A stretch of DNA of 32,000 nt from positions 30,001 to 62,000 of the forward strand of contig PAVW01000006.1 of assembly GCA_002713205.1 (NCBI GenBank), read 5' to 3'. The notes under the pieces were generated by a model. It worked only from the letters and a program-made list of their open reading frames with translations. It ran no database searches and was not told where the DNA came from. Source of the stretch: Nitrososphaerota archaeon. GTDB taxonomy: Archaea; Thermoproteota; Nitrososphaeria; Nitrososphaerales; UBA57. The position numbers and the translations under genes were made by a program. Shown piece after piece: positions 25,335 to 32,000 of the stretch. Position 1 is the stretch's first letter. The number at the start of each line of letters is the position of its first letter.

Positions 25335-26480
25335 TTGCCAGAAAGTATAGTAAAATATTTAGCGAAACTAGAATTCGAAATAGATGGAATAGTAGATAAA
25401 GCCGATATAATTGGAGCAATTTTTGGCCAGACCGAGGGGTTATTTGGACCAGAAATGAATTTAAACGAGCTTCAAAAGAATTGGAAAGTCGGGAGAATAG
25501 AAATTTCTATTCAGCCACATAACGGTAAAGGTAAAGGCAATGTAACAATTCCTATGAGTACAGATATATCAACAGTTTCTTTGATAGCAGCTGCTGTTGA
25601 AGCAATAGATAAAGTAGGCCCATGTTCATCACATTTTAAGCTCAAATCGATTGACGATGTAAGAGCATTAAAAAGAGAAGCTATAGTAGCAAGAGCCAAA
25701 GGAATAATGAAAGATTGGAGTGCAAAAAGTGCCAGTGAAGGTGAAGATATTTTAAGAGATGTTTCAGATGTTGGTAAAAAAGTCAAAATAACAGCTTATG
25801 GGAAAGAAGAGCTACCTGCCGGCCCTGCTATAAATACATCAAAAGATATTATTATTGTAGAAGGAAGAGCAGATGTATTAAATCTGTTAAGAGCAGGAAT
25901 AGAAAATACAATTGCAGTAGAAGGCACAAATGTACCTGATGCAATTGCTAAATTGAGCAAAGAAAAACAACTTTCAGCTTTTCTAGATGGAGACAGGGGA
26001 GGAGACTTAATTTTGCGAGAATTGAATCAAGTCATTAAATTAACCAAGGTATCAAGAGCTCCAAAAGGAAGAGAAGTAGAAGAATTAACTCCAATTGAGA
26101 TTTTAGAAATATTAAACAATGGTAAATTAAAAACAGTGGAGGAAACTAAAAGCGATATCAAGGATAAACAAATACCAGACGGAATACCGTCTAAACTGAT
26201 TGAAATTGGAAAACAAATCAAACAGGATCTTGAAGGAACGTTAGAATCACATGTTTATGATTCTTCTTTTAAAGAAATAGACAAAGTTCCAGTTAGTGAA
26301 CTAGTAAAAACAATAGAATCAAAAAATAAGATAGAGTTTATAATTTTTGACGGCATTATTACTAGTAGACTTATAGAAATTGCAGAAAAAAAAGGAGTGA
26401 AAGTTATTATTGGGAATAGAATGGGAAAGATTGGAAATAATCCATCAATAAAAATGCTAACTTTTCAACAATTAGAATAG
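25335..26480 (+). CDS. dnaG: Archaeal DnaG-type primase (TOPRIM; exosome-associated)
   Basis: KYLAKLEFEIDGIVDKADIIGAIFGQTEGLFG is the archaeal DnaG N-terminus. TOPRIM motifs IIIVEGRADVLNLL and FLDGDRGGDLI are present. It has a TTG start (25335); the upstream ATGs are out of frame and terminate quickly. Confidence 0.9.
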   Translation: MPESIVKYLAKLEFEIDGIVDKADIIGAIFGQTEGLFGPEMNLNELQKNWKVGRIEISIQPHNGKGKGNVTIPMSTDISTVSLIAAAVEAIDKVGPCSSHFKLKSIDDVRALKREAIVARAKGIMKDWSAKSASEGEDILRDVSDVGKKVKITAYGKEELPAGPAINTSKDIIIVEGRADVLNLLRAGIENTIAVEGTNVPDAIAKLSKEKQLSAFLDGDRGGDLILRELNQVIKLTKVSRAPKGREVEELTPIEILEILNNGKLKTVEETKSDIKDKQIPDGIPSKLIEIGKQIKQDLEGTLESHVYDSSFKEIDKVPVSELVKTIESKNKIEFIIFDGIITSRLIEIAEKKGVKVIIGNRMGKIGNNPSIKMLTFQQLE

Positions 26481-26494
26481 AGTAAAATTGTAAC

Positions 26495-27562
26495 ATGTTA
26501 TTAATTAGGCTTCAAAAAAGGCCTGGAATAGCTGTTATAACACCAGAAAATGTTGATGATCTATGGACAATACGTAGAATTGTCATTCCAAAAGATATAA
26601 TTTCTGGACATACAAAACGAGTGATTAAAGATAAAAGTGAACATGCACGGCCAGGTAAAGGAGAAAGAATAAGAGTTAAACTTAGTATTGAAGTGGAAAA
26701 AATTAATTTAGATCACTTGTTAGAAAGAATTCGCATATCAGGGAAAATCGTGGAAACTTCTGATGAATCAATAAGTAAAGGAGCTTACCATTCATTTAAT
26801 TTAACAATTGGAAATTCAATTATTATAAAAAAAAATTATTTCGAAGATTTTCATATTAATTTAATTAAAAATAAAATAAAATCCACTGATAGATACATTA
26901 TAATATGTATAGATAGACGGCAAGCAGGAATAGGTTTGATAACAGGGACTCATCTCAAATTATTTTCAAATATTGAATCAGGTCTAGCTGGAAAAATGTA
27001 TAAAACTAATACATCATATTCAAACTATTTTGATAAAATATTGAAAGATATTATCAATATTCATACAAAAGGAATAAAAATTATAGTTACTGGACCAAGT
27101 GAAATAAAAAAAGAATTTGTAAATTACTGTATTGGAAAAGCAAAAAATTTAGCCGAATATATTACGATCATAGAAGGAGTAGATTTAGGTGGTCAAGATG
27201 GAATTTTCATGTCGTTAAAATCACCAAATTTTAAAAATTTTTTACAGAAATCTGAATTAACAAAAGCTATCTTATTTACTGAAGAAGCAATAAGCAGGAT
27301 TTCAAGAGGAGATAAAAAAGTCTGTTTTACGTTCAATGATACTTTACGAGCAAGTAAGATGAGTTCAATAAATGTTGTAATGATTTCAAGTAAAATTTTC
27401 GAGGGGAGAAATGAAACCGACGTAATAGAATTATTAAATAATATAGAAAAATTTAAGGGAAGAACTTTCCTTTTAGATAGTTCAACTGAAATAGGAAAAC
27501 AAATTGATTCTTTAGGAGGAGTATTAGCCTTACTGAGATATCAAATGGATTGGGTAGATTGA
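26495..27562 (+). CDS. pelA: Pelota (Dom34 homologue, mRNA surveillance / ribosome rescue)
   Basis: 355 aa. The N-terminus ...IAVITPENVDDLWTIRRIVIPKDIISGHTKR is typical of Pelota, and the length matches the eRF1-like three-domain form. Confidence 0.85.
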   Translation: MLLIRLQKRPGIAVITPENVDDLWTIRRIVIPKDIISGHTKRVIKDKSEHARPGKGERIRVKLSIEVEKINLDHLLERIRISGKIVETSDESISKGAYHSFNLTIGNSIIIKKNYFEDFHINLIKNKIKSTDRYIIICIDRRQAGIGLITGTHLKLFSNIESGLAGKMYKTNTSYSNYFDKILKDIINIHTKGIKIIVTGPSEIKKEFVNYCIGKAKNLAEYITIIEGVDLGGQDGIFMSLKSPNFKNFLQKSELTKAILFTEEAISRISRGDKKVCFTFNDTLRASKMSSINVVMISSKIFEGRNETDVIELLNNIEKFKGRTFLLDSSTEIGKQIDSLGGVLALLRYQMDWVD

Positions 27563-27858
27563 ATAATCCAATCAAGATATTTAGAATTTGTATGATTCAA
27601 TTCAAAATCTATAATTTCGGGAATTTCATAGCTATGATTTTCCTCTAAGAATTGTCGAAGTTGTTTAATCTTCTTATCAGTTGTTTTATAAATTACTAAA
27701 TATTCATCATTGTTTTCAATTTTCTCATGCCAAGAATACATAGAATTAATAGGAAAGATATTGGCGCATGCAGCAATCTTGCTTTCAATAGCTAGTTTAG
27801 AAATTTTATTTGCTTCGTCGATAGAGGAAAATGTTGATAGTAATATTATTATTTTCAT
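27541..27858 (-). CDS. cutA: CutA1 divalent-cation tolerance protein
   Basis: 105 aa. IAACANIFPINSMYSWHEKIENNDEYLVIYKT matches the CutA core. It overlaps the pelota 3' end convergently by 22 nt. Confidence 0.85.
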   Translation of the reverse strand: MKIIILLSTFSSIDEANKISKLAIESKIAACANIFPINSMYSWHEKIENNDEYLVIYKTTDKKIKQLRQFLEENHSYEIPEIIDFELNHTNSKYLDWIIQSTQSI

Positions 27859-27906
27859 AATCTATATTATAATCACTTGAAAATGAATTTAATGTTTTTA
27901 TGATAA

Positions 27907-28506
27907 CTAAATAATCATCAGATCGACCAGGCCTTCTCTGATCAGTCTAATAGCGACAGCGCCAATTAATAGACCCATAATTCTAGATATTGCTAATGAA
28001 CCTTCTTTGCCAAATAAACGCATAAATCCTGATCCCAATCTGAGAGTTATCAAGCAAATAAACAATGAAACAGATATTACAGCTAATTTCAAAAAGATTC
28101 CAGACATGACCAAAACATAACTAATGCTACCAGGTCCAGCTAATATGGGAGTAGCCAAGGGAAAGATTGCAAGACTAGATTTAGTATTTTTGTTAAGATA
28201 ATTTGTATTTCTACCAAGTACATATTCGACAGAAAAAACAAGAAGTACTATTCCACCAATAATTTTTAAATCTCCCATGGTTATCCCTAAGATAATAAGA
28301 ATAAACTGTCCAAAGAAACCAAAGAAGATCAATATGAGATATGATAAAAGGACGGATTTGTTTACCACTTTAATTCTTTCCTTTTTTCTTAATTTAGAAG
28401 TTAAAGAAGAAAACATAGGAACAGAACCAAAAGGATCAAGTATAGCTAACAATGAAATAAGAGACTGAAAAAACACTATAGTTGATTCTGTCATCAGGAT
28501 AGGCAC
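27907..28506 (-). CDS. MarC/UPF0056-family integral membrane protein
   Basis: 199 aa with about 6 TM segments. The N-terminal LLAILDPFGSVPMF motif is typical of the MarC family. Confidence 0.75.
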   Translation of the reverse strand: MPILMTESTIVFFQSLISLLAILDPFGSVPMFSSLTSKLRKKERIKVVNKSVLLSYLILIFFGFFGQFILIILGITMGDLKIIGGIVLLVFSVEYVLGRNTNYLNKNTKSSLAIFPLATPILAGPGSISYVLVMSGIFLKLAVISVSLFICLITLRLGSGFMRLFGKEGSLAISRIMGLLIGAVAIRLIREGLVDLMII

Positions 28507-28567
28507 ATATATTCAATAATTGAACTGATGAATAAGTCTATTTACAAGAGATTTGCTTTAACCATAT

Positions 28568-29518
28568 ATGAAAGTAAATTTGTGTCTGAAATGTCAGGAG
28601 AAAGCAGTATATCACAGAAAATATTCAGGAGAAAATCTATGTCCAAATTGCTTTAATAATTCGTTAATTGAAAAAACTAGAAAAACAATTTCGAAATATA
28701 AAATGATAAATTATGGAGATAAAGTTGCAATAGGTGTATCAGGAGGAAAAGATAGTCTAGCGTTACTAGACATATTAATTAAAATAAAAGAATACAAAGA
28801 CTTTGAATTAATTGCAATTACAATTGACGAAGGCATTGCAAATTACAGAGAAGAGGCAATTGAAATTGCATTAAACGCTGCGTCAAAAGCAGGTGTCAAA
28901 CAAGTAGTTTTATCATTCAAAGAACTTTTTAATTTTGGATTAGACGAGGCGTTAATGAATAGAAAAGAGAAGAAAATAACATCCTGTGCAATTTGTGGGC
29001 CATTACGTAGAAGAGCAATAGAAATAGGTGCAAAAAAAGTAGGTGCAAACATAATTGCAACTGGGCACAACTTGGACGATATATTACAGAGTTTCATGAT
29101 AAATCTATTTAGTGGTGATGTTTATAGGATTAAAGCAGGAGATCCAAGAAAAGAAGCAAAAAAAGAATTCATGATTCGTAGGATAAAACCATTTATGGAA
29201 ATTTATGAAACTGAAATTGCATTTTATAGTTTTTTAAACGAGTTACGCTTTCAAACTTTAGAATGTCCACACATGAATGAAGGTATAAGAACTGAAATTA
29301 GAAATTCGCTGGATAATTTTGAAAATAAACATGCAGGTATAAAGCTAAGTTTAATTAAGTCTATGTTTGAAATTTGTGAGAATATAAAACTTAATCCAAA
29401 ACAATTACAAAGTTGTAATATTTGTGGATATAATTCATCAAGCAATCCATGTTCGACTTGTAAAACGGTAGAATATATTAGCGAACTAACCAGATCGTCT
29501 AGTTTAGAAAATAGATGA
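28568..29518 (+). CDS. tRNA 2-thiolation protein, Ncs6/TtuA family (PP-loop ATPase)
   Basis: PP-loop GVSGGKDS. N-terminal CLKC...CPNC and C-terminal CNIC...CSTC zinc fingers. Candidate Fe-S ligand cysteines in SCAICGPLRR and ECPH. Confidence 0.85.
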   Translation: MKVNLCLKCQEKAVYHRKYSGENLCPNCFNNSLIEKTRKTISKYKMINYGDKVAIGVSGGKDSLALLDILIKIKEYKDFELIAITIDEGIANYREEAIEIALNAASKAGVKQVVLSFKELFNFGLDEALMNRKEKKITSCAICGPLRRRAIEIGAKKVGANIIATGHNLDDILQSFMINLFSGDVYRIKAGDPRKEAKKEFMIRRIKPFMEIYETEIAFYSFLNELRFQTLECPHMNEGIRTEIRNSLDNFENKHAGIKLSLIKSMFEICENIKLNPKQLQSCNICGYNSSSNPCSTCKTVEYISELTRSSSLENR

Positions 29519-29584
29519 GACTAACAATTTGTTACTAACATTAATAGTGAGAGTTTTATACCAGAACTAGTTAATACTTTCATA

Positions 29585-30262
29585 TTGGGCAATAATGAAG
29601 AAATAGGTGAGTTTTTAGATCTTCTAGGCAACAGTACGCGTAGAAGAATATTGCTATTATTAGCAAACGAACCAAGATATTTTATACAATTATCAAAAGA
29701 ATTAGGTGTAAGTCAACAAGCAGTTCTAAAGCATTTAATTAGATTAGAGAATTCAGGGTTAATTGAGTCATTTAGAGCAAAAAGTAATTTATCAGCTCCA
29801 GATAGAAAATACTTCAAATTAGACAAGTCAATTTATATGAGTATAGATATAACAGGAAATTCTATGAATATCAAAATGGAAAGTTTAGAGGATACTAATA
29901 ATAATCAAGATAAAATACTCTTAGAATCAACTAAAATTAATCAGGGAAAACGTGATGTGGATATTACACGAATTATTAAAGAAACAGATTTAAAATTACA
30001 GAAAATAAATAAACATATGATATATTTAGAAGATGAAAAAATGTCTTTATTAAAAGAACAAGAACAAGTGTTGCAAAAAGCACATCAAATAATTCAGGAA
30101 TCATTAGATGAAGAATTAGCTAGAAAGATACTATATTCAAGATTGAATTCATCTAATAGATTTAATTTAGAAGAGCTTTCAGAGGAATTAAACGCGAGAG
30201 AAAAAGAAATTAAGAATATTATTAAAAAATTAGAAGATAGATTTTCTGTTGAATTAATATAA
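29585..30262 (+). CDS. ArsR-family winged-helix transcription regulator with a C-terminal coiled-coil domain
   Basis: LLGNSTRRRILLLLANEPRYFIQLSKELGVSQQAVLKHLIRLENSGLI is an ArsR/wHTH core. The C-terminal ~100 aa are charged and heptad-like. It has a TTG start (29585); the nearby ATG is out of frame. Confidence 0.75.
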   Translation: MGNNEEIGEFLDLLGNSTRRRILLLLANEPRYFIQLSKELGVSQQAVLKHLIRLENSGLIESFRAKSNLSAPDRKYFKLDKSIYMSIDITGNSMNIKMESLEDTNNNQDKILLESTKINQGKRDVDITRIIKETDLKLQKINKHMIYLEDEKMSLLKEQEQVLQKAHQIIQESLDEELARKILYSRLNSSNRFNLEELSEELNAREKEIKNIIKKLEDRFSVELI

Positions 30263-30283
30263 ATTTAAGAAAAAAACAACATA

Positions 30284-30769
30284 TTAGTTTGTAGCAATAG
30301 AAGTTGTTTGTGGAAGTTTTGATGAAGCTGTTTTCAAGGCGTTTTTACCTTCATTGAAGAATTCTTTGTAAGTGTTAACCTCAAGTATAACGGATCCAAT
30401 ATTTACACGGGCTGCAAGACCAATAGGTTTACCATAAGCACGTCTCATACCTTCTTGTAATCGGTCTGCACCTGCAGTAGCAAGCATCCTATTTTCACTA
30501 ATTACAACATGAGGATAAAGTTTAACGGATAATCTATAACTAGTTTCGCCAATGTGTTTTGTAAGAGATTTATTAGCAGAAACACGTGCAGCTTCTATAG
30601 CATTGTCACGGATTTGCGATTTTTCCTTTGAAATCAACTGGAGTTTTAAGTTATAATCAGAATTAGAAGCACCAGTATTAAATCGAGCTATTTTAATATC
30701 AGGCGTACCTGGAGCATATTTTTTACTCAAAGGCATGCCATTAGGCGTTCTATAGTTGCTACCATTCAT
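30284..30769 (-). CDS. rpl10e: 50S ribosomal protein L10e (uL16)
   Basis: 161 aa. ...IRDNAIEAARVSANK...KLYPHVVISENRMLATAGADRLQEGMRRAYGKPIG matches the archaeal/eukaryotic L10e core. Confidence 0.9.
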   Translation of the reverse strand: MNGSNYRTPNGMPLSKKYAPGTPDIKIARFNTGASNSDYNLKLQLISKEKSQIRDNAIEAARVSANKSLTKHIGETSYRLSVKLYPHVVISENRMLATAGADRLQEGMRRAYGKPIGLAARVNIGSVILEVNTYKEFFNEGKNALKTASSKLPQTTSIATN

Positions 30770-30828
30770 ATTTAATATAGAATATTAAAGGTGTAATTAA
30801 ATATGTTCCAGAGAGGAAAAATAGTAAA

Positions 30829-32000
30829 ATGAAAAAATATCTATTAACTTTAGTAAATGGAGAATTATCATATTATGAAATAAATACTATCCTAAATTTA
30901 AAAAGCACACCTTATAAAATTCTTATAAAAAACAACAATTTCTTAATTCTTGAAATAGAATCACTTAAAGAATTTTCAAAATTAGGAGGAGTATACAAAA
31001 TCATTGAGATTACAGCAGAAAATGAATCAATAGAAAAATTATATAAGAGCATCAAACAAAATAATGAATTTGTTTGGTTAGAGGAAAAAGCACGATGGTG
31101 TTTAAGTTATTATTCAATTGAAAAAACAAATAATGCAATATATAAAAAAATGAGCGAGTATTTAAACGAAGAGATTTCCAAATTAGTAAAAAAGAATAAA
31201 CAAATGAACAATGATATTTTAGAAGATTCTTTTAGGGAAATATCTGTAAATAAAATAAAAACCATAACGGAAATAGTTCTGGCTTATGATGGTAAAAAAT
31301 TCTACATTGGAAAAACTAAAATAATTTTTAATTCAACTGATTATATAAAAAGAGATTTATCAAGGCCATTTCAAGATTCTTCAATTAGTATCTCACCAAG
31401 AATTGCAAGAATTCTTGTAAATTTATTAGGATTAAAAAATAATCAAACTGTTTTAGATCCATTTTGTGGAACTGGTACTTTTTTAATAGAAGCGTCAATT
31501 CTAGGATTAAATGTAATGGGCACAGATAAACGAAAAGAATGTGTTAATGGTACTAGAAAGAATCTTCAATGGATTAATAAAAATCAAAAGAAGATAAACA
31601 ACAATATAATGGTTAATGATGCGGAAAAATTAGTTAGTTTTCAAAAAAGAACAATAGATGGAATTGTTACTGAGCCAATTCTTTTACCAAACTTAAAGCG
31701 TCATCCAAATGAGATAAAAACCAGAGAATTATTAAAAATCACTCAAAAAATCTATGTTAAGGCAATGATTTCTATGAATCGAGTATTAAAAGAAAATGGA
31801 AAATTAGTAATAGTCACTCCACGTGTAAAAACAAATCGAGGAAAATTTATTTCATTGGATATACTTCACATGATTAAAGAATCAGGTTTTAGATTTACCA
31901 GGATTCATAAGAACAATCAACCAATTATTGTGAAATATTCGAAAGATCAAAAGATAATTAGAGAAGTATGGGTAATGCAAAAAGAAGAGAATTCAACTCA
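30829..32000 (+). CDS. Class I SAM-dependent (RNA) methyltransferase, UPF0020/Trm11-like (3' end beyond the right edge)
   Basis: Absent from the ORF track because it has no stop in the window. Hand translation from ATG 30829 stays open to 32000: MKKYLLTLVNGELSYYEI...ISPRIARILVNLLGLKNNQTVLDPFCGTGTFLIEASILGLNVMGTD (SAM motif I) ...IDGIVTEPILLP (motif IV position, where the usual [DN]PPY reads TEPI). Confidence 0.6.
   Translation, partial: MKKYLLTLVNGELSYYEINTILNLKSTPYKILIKNNNFLILEIESLKEFSKLGGVYKIIEITAENESIEKLYKSIKQNNEFVWLEEKARWCLSYYSIEKTNNAIYKKMSEYLNEEISKLVKKNKQMNNDILEDSFREISVNKIKTITEIVLAYDGKKFYIGKTKIIFNSTDYIKRDLSRPFQDSSISISPRIARILVNLLGLKNNQTVLDPFCGTGTFLIEASILGLNVMGTDKRKECVNGTRKNLQWINKNQKKINNNIMVNDAEKLVSFQKRTIDGIVTEPILLPNLKRHPNEIKTRELLKITQKIYVKAMISMNRVLKENGKLVIVTPRVKTNRGKFISLDILHMIKESGFRFTRIHKNNQPIIVKYSKDQKIIREVWVMQKEENST

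Noticed and set aside
1-32000. Search by eye for tRNA/rRNA/other structured RNA, CRISPR arrays and mobile elements
   Set aside because: All intergenic gaps are 211 bp or shorter and uniformly AT-rich, without GC-rich stem-forming islands. There are no regularly spaced direct repeats and no transposase, integrase or terminal inverted repeat signatures. This is absence of evidence by eye only; tRNAscan-SE, Infernal and a CRISPR finder would be decisive.

Overview
This is a strongly AT-rich, gene-dense archaeal chromosomal segment with about 26 protein genes and short or overlapping spacers. It carries archaeal-type informational genes: DnaG primase, Pelota, ribosomal protein L10e/uL16, an Ncs6/TtuA-type tRNA thiolase, an Lhr-type helicase and HisRS. 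It also carries central-metabolism genes: 2-oxoacid:ferredoxin oxidoreductase, aconitase and malic enzyme. Composition and gene content would fit a Nitrosopumilales-like thaumarchaeon, but that is a guess from memory, not a search result. I recognised no rRNA, tRNA, CRISPR array, transposase/integrase or long nucleotide repeat. The stand-out region is 6.7-15.2 kb. It is a five-gene cluster built around two tubulin/FtsZ-superfamily paralogues. One is a 901-aa protein with intact G-box, GGGSGSG signature and NxDxxD T7 loop, followed by a ~560-aa helical extension. The other is a ~445-aa protein with a zinc-ribbon and a degraded nucleotide-binding signature and T7 loop. Three companion genes accompany them: a signal-peptide/TM-anchored protein, a ~10-TM protein with a large helical cytoplasmic domain, and a GRAM/PH-like protein. 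I read this as a candidate uncharacterised cytoskeletal or membrane-remodelling module. Next to it lies a 1476-aa multi-Ig-domain surface protein whose transglutaminase-like core has Ser in place of the catalytic Cys. Other notable points: hisS is interrupted by a -1 frame change exactly where an in-phase U_UUA_AAG slippery heptamer lies. A YggX-like protein with an extra CxxC...CxxC set sits beside aconitase. An Lhr helicase is tightly coupled to a DHH phosphoesterase. All family assignments are motif recognition by eye; no database search was possible.
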